Source of the DNA: an uncultured cyanobacterium
GTDB taxonomy: Bacteria > Cyanobacteriota > Cyanobacteriia > Phormidesmidales > Phormidesmidaceae
Assembly (NCBI GenBank): GCA_963793265.1
Contig: CAWBZI010000005.1
Span: forward strand, 1-64,000
DNA length: 64,000 bases
Reading direction: 5' to 3'
The translations under genes and the position numbers were made by a program. Positions 9,393 to 18,307 of the stretch are shown here, piece after piece. Under the pieces are notes generated by a model, which saw only the letters and a program-made list of their open reading frames with translations, did no database searches and was not told the DNA's origin. Each line of letters begins with the position of its first letter. Positions within the stretch are counted from its first letter, which is position 1.

Positions 9393-10871
9393 TCAACTCA
9401 ACGAAGACAGTAGAGAGCCGTTTTTCTGTAAGCCTAAATCCATTTCTTTGAGCTTGGCCTGACGAGATGCGATCGCCACACTAAGCTGCTGCGCAAAACG
9501 CGGCGACTCGTTCAGCATCTTCTGCACCGCATCCGTTTCTAAAATCAACACTTCTAGATCCTCATCGGCACTCACCGTCATTGGGCTTGGCTCATTTGCC
9601 AGCAGCGCAGAATAGCCAAAGAAATCGCCTCGGGTCATAGTGGCGATCGCAAATTTACGCCCTTGAGGATTTTGTGCGGTCGCGATCGCACTCCCCGCCA
9701 GCACAAAATGCATCTTCACATTCGGCTGTCCCTGTAAAATCACCGCTTCACCCCGGCCAAAGTGACCCAGGCTAGCCTGACTTGCCATTTCTTCAAGCAC
9801 GTCATCTTCTACCATCGCCAAACTCGGCAGCGACTTCATATAGTTCGCCAGTCGCTTCATCGCATCATCGGCCTTAACCTTCGGCACCTGATGATGAAAC
9901 ACATCGCGAATCGGGAACGGAATAGACAGACCGTTGCGCCGAGCGGCATACCAAATGCGCGTTACAAACTCATCGCGAATCGCAGGCACGCTGCTGTAGT
10001 CTTCTAAAAAAAGTCGCACCCGATACGAAATCGAAAAATCATCGTAGGAGATCGTCTGCACAACCGGCTCTGGATGGTTCAGCACGCCAGCAGTATCCAA
10101 CGCCGCCTCCTTCATCACTCGCTTCACGGTATTGGGCGCATCGTTATACGAAAATCCAATATCCACCGGCTCCACATGCCGAGGCTGAGGCCGGTTGTAG
10201 TTACGAATCACCGCCTGAGCCAGCACCGAGTTAGGCACCACCAGCATTTCTAGCTCCCTGGTGACAATGTGCACCGAGCGCCAGTTCACCTCAATCACCT
10301 TGCCCTTTTGCCCATCTACCTCTAGCCAGTCGCCAATTTCAAACGGTCGCTCAAACAGGAGGGCCACACCCGAAAATAAGTTGCCCAACGTGTCTTGCAG
10401 GGCGAAGCCAAGCACCAGACCGCCCACCCCGAGCGCTGTGAATACGCCTGCTAAGTTGACGTTAAATACAGCTTTTAGAACAATCGCACTACCCACCGCG
10501 ATTAAAACGGTACGGACTAAATCGCGAAACAGCTTCGGCATTTCAGACTGCCAGGTACCGGGTTTTGCGCCGGTAAATAGCAGCACGTTCACCAGCGACA
10601 GCGCCGCCGCAATTAGCGCAATCCAGGCCAGCGTTTCAACCACCTTGATAGAGCCGAGCGCATCATCAAAGCCAAAAACTTTAGTCAGCAAAAAAAACAG
10701 CGCGGCAAAAGGCACCACCCAGTTCCGCAGCTCTCGCACCACTTTCACAATGGGGTGACGGCGTTTATCCAGCCTCAAAATCAGCTCGCTTAGCCCCACC
10801 ATACTCAGCGGGAAAAGCACCATCAAAGCCAGCCCCCAAACCAGCCAGTCGTCCCGTAGCGATATGTTCAT
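9393..10871 (-). CDS. MscS-family channel with C-terminal cNMP-binding-like domain
   Basis: LGFALQDTLGNLFSG, PFEIGDWLEV, VVPNS, IPFPIR; C-terminal GEAVILQG...GDFFGYSALL. Confidence 0.9.
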   Translation of the reverse strand: MNISLRDDWLVWGLALMVLFPLSMVGLSELILRLDKRRHPIVKVVRELRNWVVPFAALFFLLTKVFGFDDALGSIKVVETLAWIALIAAALSLVNVLLFTGAKPGTWQSEMPKLFRDLVRTVLIAVGSAIVLKAVFNVNLAGVFTALGVGGLVLGFALQDTLGNLFSGVALLFERPFEIGDWLEVDGQKGKVIEVNWRSVHIVTRELEMLVVPNSVLAQAVIRNYNRPQPRHVEPVDIGFSYNDAPNTVKRVMKEAALDTAGVLNHPEPVVQTISYDDFSISYRVRLFLEDYSSVPAIRDEFVTRIWYAARRNGLSIPFPIRDVFHHQVPKVKADDAMKRLANYMKSLPSLAMVEDDVLEEMASQASLGHFGRGEAVILQGQPNVKMHFVLAGSAIATAQNPQGRKFAIATMTRGDFFGYSALLANEPSPMTVSADEDLEVLILETDAVQKMLNESPRFAQQLSVAIASRQAKLKEMDLGLQKNGSLLSSLS

Positions 10872-10948
10872 AAAGCCGTTTTCTCCGTTTCCGCTAACGC
10901 ACTTGCAAGTTTAGAAGAGCCTAAATCTCGAAGACTGAATTTTTCAAC

Positions 10949-13126
10949 CTAAATTTTTACGCGCAAAAGCTCTATCGATTCACGCTCTCGCCCTGTAATC
11001 TCTCCAACCGGCTCAAACTCATAAATATCCACAAGCGAGCTGGCCACCGTCTTCGTGACATAAATGCTGCCGGGCTTAGCCGCCGACTGTACGTAGTGAG
11101 CTGTCACCACCGTATTGCCCCACACGTCATAAATGAGTCGCTGCGAGCCAACCGTTCCAGCCATAACGCCGCCGGAATGTACGCCTACTCGCATCTGCAA
11201 GTCCACATTCCACTCACGGCTCACCTGCTTCACAATCCGCAGCGCCTCTACGGCAAAGTCAATCACCCGCTTCGTATGATCTAGCCGGGCCACCGAAAGG
11301 CCGCTCACCGCTAGGTACTCGCTGCCGGTCGTCTTAATTTTTTCAATGCCGTGATGCTCAGTAGCCTCATCCAAAGCGCGCACAGCATCGTTCAAAATTT
11401 CAATCGCCTTTTTGGGCTTCAATTCTTCAGTAAGCCGCTGAAAGTTCAGCACGTTTGCAAACACCACCGTCACGCTTTGGGCCTCATCTGCAATCAAGGT
11501 ATCGCCTTTTTTAAGGCGATTGGCGACCGAAGCTGGAAACATATTCAGCAGCAGCGACTCGGTTTCCTGGGTTTTCTTAAACACCATTTCACTGGTCTTG
11601 CGATTCTTCTTAACCATGTGGTTAAAAGACTTACCCAGATCGCCCAGCTCATCTTCGGCCATCACGTCTACAAAAACGTCTTTGTGCCCCTTCGAGAGAC
11701 GACGAAACCCTTCACTGAGCCGATCGACTGGCTTTAAGAAAGTGCGCGCCAGCCAAAGCGACGCTAGCGTCACCAGGAACACCAGCCCGGCAGCGGAAAT
11801 CAATACTCTTTGAGCAAACTCAGTAATCGGTTGAAACACCTCAGATTGATTCATCTCTGAAACGATCACCCAGTCAACGCCCCGAATATTAAGCGGGCCA
11901 TAGGCCGCAAGCGTTTGATCGCCCAGGTAGTTTTCGACCGTTTCAATCCCAGTTTCGCCTTCTATAGCCCTTACAACAGCATCACTCTTTGCCGCCTGAT
12001 TTAGCACAGCAGTATCCAACCGCTCAATTTGAGCAATATCCTCTGGATCTGTTTGCCGCTGGCGCAATATTTCAAAATAGTCTTCAGGACGCTCAGCAAG
12101 CGCTCGTGACTCCGATCTTAGGAGCAAATCATCGCCAATTAAGAAGGTTTCTCCACTTTCTCCAAGGCCGTCTCGCGTCCAGTTACCGTCACTTGTCATA
12201 ACGCTGTTAATCTGATCAACAGGCACCTGTATGGCCATCACCCCAATCAGGTCTGTGCCCTGATAGAGAGGGGTTGCGATGAAGGCGGCAGGCGCACCTA
12301 AGGAAGGTTCGTAAAAGCTGAAGTCGGAGATGGTGACATAGCCGCTATTTTGCCGCAGGGCATCTTTGTAGGCTGTAGCCAGGCTTGAGCGAGCATAGGG
12401 GCCAATCCGTAAGTTTGTTGCAAAGTCCGCTTCTTTGTTCACGGAGTAAACAATATTGCCGTCGTTATCTATCAAGAACAGATCGTAGTAGCCGAATTCT
12501 TTGACAACCTGCCTGAAAATGGGATGGTATCGCTTGTGAAAGGTGCTGTAGTTTGAGCCGTCGCCCGCATCATCTAGCTTTTGCCGTTCTTGCGGATCGT
12601 TAGGGTTATTAGCGATGTACTGGTACTGCAAGTACCGCGCCAGAATAGAGGTTGGCAGAAACACATCTGGATTGACCTGCTGACCGATGTTTTCGGAGAG
12701 CTGAGGTGCAAATTCCTGTCGATAAAATTCGCGCAGCTCACCAACCGTTGTGCCGTCGATAGATTTGGATTCGCCTAAAACTGAACGATAGGCAGCCGCA
12801 AAGTCTCTCATCGCAGCGGTGGTCGCTGGGCTATTACCAAGTACTTTTACCTGGCTACGAAGGGTACGAAAGTAATCTTCTATCTGGCTGGCTTTAGAAG
12901 CGCGCAGACTAATGAGCTGCTTTTGAACACTTTGGGCGATCGCACTACGTCCGCTGCGATAGCCCTGATAGGCAATGACCGCAATTGAGCCAATGCTGAC
13001 AGCTAGCAGCATTGTCATCAGCTTAGATTGAATGCTTAAACGATTCAACGCGCGCACAAAAAATATCCTCGGTTCACTACGACACATCCGCCAGAACTTA
13101 GCAGCTATAGCGACACAGCCGTACAA
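10949..13126 (-). CDS. Membrane Cache-HAMP class III nucleotide cyclase-like protein (catalytically degenerate)
   Basis: TM, dCache-like region (YYDLFLID...YSVNKEADFATNL), TM, HAMP (DELGDLGKSFNHM), cyclase fold (EKIKTTG, MRVGVHSG, YDVWG); start probably GTG near 13057. Confidence 0.87.
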   Translation of the reverse strand: MYGCVAIAAKFWRMCRSEPRIFFVRALNRLSIQSKLMTMLLAVSIGSIAVIAYQGYRSGRSAIAQSVQKQLISLRASKASQIEDYFRTLRSQVKVLGNSPATTAAMRDFAAAYRSVLGESKSIDGTTVGELREFYRQEFAPQLSENIGQQVNPDVFLPTSILARYLQYQYIANNPNDPQERQKLDDAGDGSNYSTFHKRYHPIFRQVVKEFGYYDLFLIDNDGNIVYSVNKEADFATNLRIGPYARSSLATAYKDALRQNSGYVTISDFSFYEPSLGAPAAFIATPLYQGTDLIGVMAIQVPVDQINSVMTSDGNWTRDGLGESGETFLIGDDLLLRSESRALAERPEDYFEILRQRQTDPEDIAQIERLDTAVLNQAAKSDAVVRAIEGETGIETVENYLGDQTLAAYGPLNIRGVDWVIVSEMNQSEVFQPITEFAQRVLISAAGLVFLVTLASLWLARTFLKPVDRLSEGFRRLSKGHKDVFVDVMAEDELGDLGKSFNHMVKKNRKTSEMVFKKTQETESLLLNMFPASVANRLKKGDTLIADEAQSVTVVFANVLNFQRLTEELKPKKAIEILNDAVRALDEATEHHGIEKIKTTGSEYLAVSGLSVARLDHTKRVIDFAVEALRIVKQVSREWNVDLQMRVGVHSGGVMAGTVGSQRLIYDVWGNTVVTAHYVQSAAKPGSIYVTKTVASSLVDIYEFEPVGEITGRERESIELLRVKI

Positions 13127-13153
13127 TCTGGCAGCTATTTGCCCCCAATTACT

Positions 13154-13585
13154 TTACCGCGTCAGGTATTTCACACAGCTTTCAGGAACCAGGCGACACT
13201 CTCCTGCGAGTACGCGCTTTTTGTCTAGCCAAAAGGCTTGCGTGGTGCGATCGCCCTCCACCAGTCGAAAGGTATCTGTCAGCCGATAGAACGCCTCATC
13301 GGCAAACTTGGCCCTAAAGAGCTGAACCAGCTCATGCTTTGGCTTACCGTTAAAAACAAAGATATTGTCCAAGCAAGTCACGTATTCAACCTCAACCAGC
13401 TCGGCGCTAATCTCTTCCACAAATTCTCGACAGAGCGCGGCTTTGCTGGTTTCACCAAAGTCGATACCACCGCCTAAGAAGCGATAGTAAACATCCCTTG
13501 TTTTTGGATCTTCGCCTTTGCTCACAAACACGTGCCCTTCGTGTTCAATCAAGCCCAAAGAAATCGCTCTAATCCGCTTAGCCAT
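13154..13585 (-). CDS. NUDIX hydrolase
   Basis: Nudix box GGGIDFGETSKAALCREFVEEI. Confidence 0.88.
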   Translation of the reverse strand: MAKRIRAISLGLIEHEGHVFVSKGEDPKTRDVYYRFLGGGIDFGETSKAALCREFVEEISAELVEVEYVTCLDNIFVFNGKPKHELVQLFRAKFADEAFYRLTDTFRLVEGDRTTQAFWLDKKRVLAGECRLVPESCVKYLTR

Positions 13586-13624
13586 TAGTTCTCAAATAGT
13601 TCTCAAAGCCTCTGGTCTATCTGC

Positions 13625-14071
13625 CTAGTCAGGAAAAGCCGCATCTGGATTCTCAGCAGGCGTCGGCCAGTCTTCATTCTCGCCACCGATATAAATGCTG
13701 CGAATCTCAACGAAGTCTTCGCTAAACTGACGCACGGTATTAATCAAAATATCAAGCGCCAGCGCGTCGGTGGTGCCCAAATCAAACCAGCAGCGTGACC
13801 ATAGCCCTTTGAACTCCACTTCGCCCATGTTGTGCATTAAAGAGAGTAGCGATCGCTCCGACTCATCCTCGTCATAATCAAAGTAGCTAATATCCACGCC
13901 CGTCTCCTGCACCTGCGTGTTCTCAGCATTAAAGCCGCCCAGCTTGCCCAAGAAAAACCAGGACGTAAAAATTTCTTCTACATACTGCTGCTCAGCAATC
14001 GACGGCACCGTTTCAAACTCTAGCCATATCCATATATTAAAAAAGTCACACTCACGAAACTGAACGTTCAC
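13625..14071 (-). CDS. DUF3531 family protein
   Basis: WFFLGKLGGFNAEN, MHNMGEVEF, WFDLGTTDALALDILIN. Confidence 0.8.
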   Translation of the reverse strand: MNVQFRECDFFNIWIWLEFETVPSIAEQQYVEEIFTSWFFLGKLGGFNAENTQVQETGVDISYFDYDEDESERSLLSLMHNMGEVEFKGLWSRCWFDLGTTDALALDILINTVRQFSEDFVEIRSIYIGGENEDWPTPAENPDAAFPD

Positions 14072-14174
14072 TAGGCAAAAATCCTTACGTCAACAAGCCG
14101 TCAACAAAACGCGACACGATTGCGCCACACTATGAACTATACAGTTAAAAACTCACCTCAAAAATCGTCTCTAC

Positions 14175-14846
14175 ATGCTCCATCTGCGCGACATCGGCTA
14201 TCACCCAACGGCAAGCGCCGTCCCTATTCTTCAAGACGTTTCCTTCGACCTTGAACCCAAACAGCTTGGCCTGATCGTTGGCCCTAGCGGCTCAGGCAAA
14301 AGCACCCTGCTCGAAATCCTGTCCGGGCTCGCCGTACCGACTTCTGGCAAAGCCTTCTGGCGCGATCAGCCGCTCTTGCCCGATGCGCTACAGCAGCTCG
14401 GCGGCATTGTCTTTCAGTTTCCCGAGCGCCATTTCTGCGGCCATACCGTTTTTGAAGAGCTGCGGATAGGCCACCCCGAACTCAGCTCCGAGCGCGTTTG
14501 CGAAGCCTTAGAATCAGTCGGTCTTGGCAAGCTATCTTTACAGGCATCGCCCCAAAAGCTCAGTGGCGGACAGCAGCGGCGCTTGGCACTCGCCGTACAG
14601 CTCATTCGCAAGCCCTACCTGCTTTTACTCGATGAGCCCACTGCCGGTTTAGACTGGTCTATGCGCCAGCAGCTCGTGAACCTACTGGCTGAGCTAAAAA
14701 AAGAATGGAGCCTGCTCATCGTCTCGCACGATGCTGAAGATCTCGTCGATATTGCCGACCATTGCTGGACGATTGAGCACGGACGGCTAAGTGTCGCAAA
14801 TCCTGATGATTTGAGAAACCGGCACTCTGCTGCGATCGCCTCCTAG
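14175..14846 (+). CDS. ABC transporter ATP-binding protein
   Basis: GPSGSGKST, QFPERHF, LSGGQQRR, LLLDEPTAGLD, SHD. Confidence 0.9.
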   Translation: MLHLRDIGYHPTASAVPILQDVSFDLEPKQLGLIVGPSGSGKSTLLEILSGLAVPTSGKAFWRDQPLLPDALQQLGGIVFQFPERHFCGHTVFEELRIGHPELSSERVCEALESVGLGKLSLQASPQKLSGGQQRRLALAVQLIRKPYLLLLDEPTAGLDWSMRQQLVNLLAELKKEWSLLIVSHDAEDLVDIADHCWTIEHGRLSVANPDDLRNRHSAAIAS

Positions 14847-14897
14847 CTCCCTTCCCAACGCGCCCAAAGCCCCACCGCTACGCCCCACCTACAACCT

Positions 14898-15782
14898 ATG
14901 CCTTCTCCCCCCGCCACCAATCCATCCACAAATCCCTGGGCAACCGCAGCCACCCAGCCCAAACAGCTCGCTGGCAATCTACCCACCAACCTCGACATTT
15001 GGCAGCAAACGCTCGGCTGGCAACCAACAGCCGAGCAGCTTGAGTTATTCCAGCAGTTCTACGCGCAAATCGTAGACGGCAATCAGCGGTTCAATCTCAC
15101 CCGCATCACCACCCCCGAAGACTTTTGGGAAAAGCACCTTTGGGACTCTATCAGCGGCATAGCACACTGGCTGGCTGATCCTGCCGAGGCGGAGGAAGCC
15201 GACGAAGATAACACTGATCTAGCCGAATTAGAGGAGCAAGCTTCAGCGGAGCCTATTCGGCTGATCGACATTGGTTCAGGGGGCGGGATGCCAGGGATTC
15301 CAACCGTGATCGCCCTTACCCCCATCTTCCAGCAGCTCGGCCAAACCGTAGATCTCACCCTACTTGACGCCACCCGTAAAAAAGTTCAGTTCCTTCAAGA
15401 AACCTGTGACCTCATCGGCCTGCCTGCCACCTGCATTGCCGAACGCGCCGAAGCCCTCGGACAGCAACCCGCGCATAGAGCCCAGTACGATTTAGCGCTC
15501 GTTCGCGCAGTAGGCTCAGCGGCAACCTGCGCAGAATACGCCCTTCCTTTTCTTAAAGAAGGCGGGCAGGCAGTGCTCTATCGCGGCCAGTGGGGCACCG
15601 AAGATACTGAAGCACTTATGCCAGTAATTGACCTGCTAGGCGGCGAAATCACAGACTTACAAACCCGCCAAACACCGCTCACCCAAGGGGCGCGCAACTG
15701 CATCTTCATTCATAAAGATGCGCCGACGCCTGACGATTTCCCAAGAGCGATCGGCGTACCGGGCAAGAAGCCGCTGACCTAA
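14898..15782 (+). CDS. rsmG: 16S rRNA m7G527 methyltransferase
   Basis: FNLTRIT, KHLWDS, DIGSGGGMPGI, RAEALG, FPRAIGVPGKKPL. Confidence 0.92.
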   Translation: MPSPPATNPSTNPWATAATQPKQLAGNLPTNLDIWQQTLGWQPTAEQLELFQQFYAQIVDGNQRFNLTRITTPEDFWEKHLWDSISGIAHWLADPAEAEEADEDNTDLAELEEQASAEPIRLIDIGSGGGMPGIPTVIALTPIFQQLGQTVDLTLLDATRKKVQFLQETCDLIGLPATCIAERAEALGQQPAHRAQYDLALVRAVGSAATCAEYALPFLKEGGQAVLYRGQWGTEDTEALMPVIDLLGGEITDLQTRQTPLTQGARNCIFIHKDAPTPDDFPRAIGVPGKKPLT

Positions 15783-15798
15783 TAATGGTCGCCCGGTG

Positions 15799-16242
15799 CT
15801 AGCCCTGATTTTTGAGCGTCATTACCTCAACAATCTTTAGCGCCACATCATCAGGAATCGCTAGAATCCGGCGCAGATCGTCTATAAAAGCTTTCTCTTG
15901 CTGCGAAACTATCCCATCGGAAAATACAAGATCTACGGCCACTGCAAACGCCGTTGCACATAGCGGCGAGGGGAGCGAGGCTTTGGCGCTTTCAATCAGT
16001 TCGTTGGGGCCGTATTTTTTGAGGTTATCAACCAGATAGTCCTTCATCCGATCCAGGCCATCTGAAGAGTCTTGAAAAAGCTTCATGCGGCTCAGTCGCC
16101 TTTTCATGTCAGCTTCTTCTGAGGCGGAAAGATAGCCGTCGGAGGCGATCGCAACCAAGCAGATAGAAGCAAACGCCTCTGCCGAATTCATTGCAATCTT
16201 GGCAGTAGACTTAGCCTTAAAGACCTGATTAAAAAGTCCCAT
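15799..16242 (-). CDS. TerB family protein
   Basis: AIASDGYLSASE and AVDLVFSDGIVSQQEK duplicated TerB motifs. Confidence 0.8.
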   Translation of the reverse strand: MGLFNQVFKAKSTAKIAMNSAEAFASICLVAIASDGYLSASEEADMKRRLSRMKLFQDSSDGLDRMKDYLVDNLKKYGPNELIESAKASLPSPLCATAFAVAVDLVFSDGIVSQQEKAFIDDLRRILAIPDDVALKIVEVMTLKNQG

Positions 16243-16380
16243 TTTTAATAACCCCTCAACGAATGCCTTTTTACAGGCTCATGTATGTATAAATTCAGTG
16301 TTGGCAAGGGCTACAGCTTTCTAACAACGAAAATACGGACATGCGCTACCTAAAAGTCGAAGTTTTTGCCCGCGCGTAAC

Positions 16381-16409
16381 AAAAAAAGGAGAGAACATGC
16401 GTTCTCTCC
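16381..16409 (-). terminator. Rho-independent terminator of the DUF4278/PirA-like gene
   Basis: GGAGAGAAC-ATGC-GTTCTCTCC stem with an adjacent A-run (U-tract on the minus strand). Confidence 0.8.
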
Positions 16410-16446
16410 CTCATTTACCGATAGTGACTAGCTCAGAAAGTTACGG

Positions 16447-16893
16447 CTAGACAGTTTGGCTCATTTCAGACTCTAGCTGCTGCACCAGCATGTCGTTGCC
16501 TTGAGACTTAGCAACGTCTAAACGGTGCTGCAAGGAGCGCATAATGCTTTCTTTGTGTAGCAAACTAGACGTTTGCAGAAGCTCTCTGCGAGCCTGAGCT
16601 TCAGGGCTAATACCCAACAGCTTGCTACGCAAGTTCGCTAGCGTAACGCCAGCACCCGCAGGCCGACCAGCGGTCTTTTGAGTGATATCAGTTGGGATAA
16701 CCTGGCCGCGACGTGTCGTTTGGTAAGCAACGCCGCGGTAAGTTAGCTGCTCAGCAGGCTGAGGGATAGGCACGTGCCGCACGTATGTATAAGCCGTAGA
16801 CTGGCCGCGATAGCGCATGGCCATTTCGCTTTCAGTGACTTCTAACATAGGAGGGTTGTAGTCGTAGCTGACGCCGCGATAAGTGAGTTTCAT
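16447..16893 (-). CDS. DUF4278 domain protein with PirA-like C-terminus
   Basis: MKLTYRGVSY...LTYRGVAY (DUF4278); C-terminal HKESIMRSLQHRLDVAKSQGNDMLVQQLESE resembles the PII-interacting regulator PirA. Confidence 0.75.
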   Translation of the reverse strand: MKLTYRGVSYDYNPPMLEVTESEMAMRYRGQSTAYTYVRHVPIPQPAEQLTYRGVAYQTTRRGQVIPTDITQKTAGRPAGAGVTLANLRSKLLGISPEAQARRELLQTSSLLHKESIMRSLQHRLDVAKSQGNDMLVQQLESEMSQTV

Positions 16894-16956
16894 TTTTTCC
16901 GTTCCTCAAAAACTTTTTGATTGACAAATTAATGACAAAAGATCTTGTGAGGTCAG

Positions 16957-17097
16957 GCGTTCCTTCAGAGGTATAAGACCTTACGTAATATAAGATCGAT
17001 ACCCTTACTTCCGTCTTAGCTTTCGGTTCGTCTAAAACTCAGGAATCGAAATCTCGAAACCAAACTTTTAGACCTAACTTAATGCGTTAGATGAACG
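16957..17097 (-). ncRNA. Glutamine riboswitch (glnA RNA motif, class I) with enlarged P2
   Basis: Minus strand reads CGTTCATCT...AGACGGAAGTAAGGGTA...TACCTCTGAAGGAACGC, matching the P1/E-loop/P3 pattern; lies in the 5' leader of a DUF4278 gene. Confidence 0.85.
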
Positions 17098-17114
17098 TAA
17101 CCGTATCTTTATTC

Positions 17115-17130
17115 TGTATCCATTTTTACA
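17115..17130. promoter_or_regulatory. NtcA binding site
   Basis: TGTA-TCCATTTT-TACA, a perfect GTA-N8-TAC, centred about 25 nt upstream of the riboswitch 5' end. Confidence 0.8.
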
Positions 17131-17459
17131 GTTTTGTTTTGGCATGACAACCCTGGTAAATATACGGTTACCCACCCCTGTGTTTCCTGAACCGTATAGG
17201 TTGCAGCCCTTTCTCATGATTTCCTGACAAAGATGACTGTATTATTTCTTAATTTCTTAGTAGGGGATGATCCCTGAAGGGTTTCCCCCCTTCTTTAATA
17301 GGTTTCATCTCTGTAAAACTTAATATGGAAGTGCTCAATGCCCACAGCTTCCACCTTGTATGGGTTTCATGACCTCATAAAAAAGTAGCTGTGTTAGGCC
17401 CCGACATTCTTTGTGCATTTGCCCGCCGCTCTTGCCTATTGCTCTATGAAACGTGTTCT

Positions 17460-18284
17460 ATGAAATGTATTGTTAATCGGCGATCACAGTTCTCAGCAAG
17501 TCACCGCTACTGGCTCCCTGAAATCAGTGAAAGCGAAAACATCCACCTGTTTGGCAAGTGTGCCAGGGCACCGGGTCATGGTCATAACTACGTACTTAAC
17601 GTGTCCATCGCCAGCGAACTCAACGCATACGGCATGGTTATCAACCTGACCGAGGCAAAAGCCATCATCCAGCGGGAAGTCATAGAAGCGCTGGACTTCT
17701 CCTACCTCAACGATGCCTGGCCCGAGTTTCAAGCCACGCTACCTACCACCGAAAACATAGCGCGCGTCATTTGGCAGCGACTCGCCCCACATCTACCGCC
17801 TCACACTCATCTCACCAATATTCAACTGCACGAAACTCCCGAACTCTGGGCTAACTATCAAGGAAACGGAATGGAAGCGTATTTAACAGTATCGACGCAC
17901 TTCAGCGCCGCGCATCGACTAGCCTTACCTGAGCTAAGCGATGAAGAGAACCACGAAATCTATGGCAAGTGCGCTCGCCCGAACGGCCATGGGCACAACT
18001 ATCAAGTAGAAGTCACTGTCAAAGGCGAAGTAGATGCCCGTACCGGAATGCTGGTCGATCTTGTCAATCTTCAAAGCACAATCGACCAGCATGTCATTGA
18101 ACTGTTAGACCACACATTTCTCAATAAAGACGTGCCTTATTTCACTAAAACAGTGCCTACCGCAGAGAATATTGTGATCCACATCTGTACGCTTCTTCGC
18201 CATCCTGTGCAAAAGATCGGGGCTGAGCTTCACAAGGTCAAGCTAATTGAGAGTCCTAATAATTCAGCCGAAGTTTTTGCGTAG
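17460..18284 (+). CDS. Tandem-domain 6-pyruvoyl/6-carboxy-tetrahydropterin synthase (PTPS/QueD family)
   Basis: Two copies of FSA(S/A)HR...GKCARxxGHGHNY...PTxENI; start taken at ATG 17460 (MKCIVNRR). Confidence 0.88.
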   Translation: MKCIVNRRSQFSASHRYWLPEISESENIHLFGKCARAPGHGHNYVLNVSIASELNAYGMVINLTEAKAIIQREVIEALDFSYLNDAWPEFQATLPTTENIARVIWQRLAPHLPPHTHLTNIQLHETPELWANYQGNGMEAYLTVSTHFSAAHRLALPELSDEENHEIYGKCARPNGHGHNYQVEVTVKGEVDARTGMLVDLVNLQSTIDQHVIELLDHTFLNKDVPYFTKTVPTAENIVIHICTLLRHPVQKIGAELHKVKLIESPNNSAEVFA

Positions 18285-18307
18285 GTTACAAAGCGCTTAG
18301 CGGCAAA

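Noticed and set aside
17460..18284. Duplicated PTPS domains
   Set aside because: Tandem-domain PTPS is a known cyanobacterial architecture
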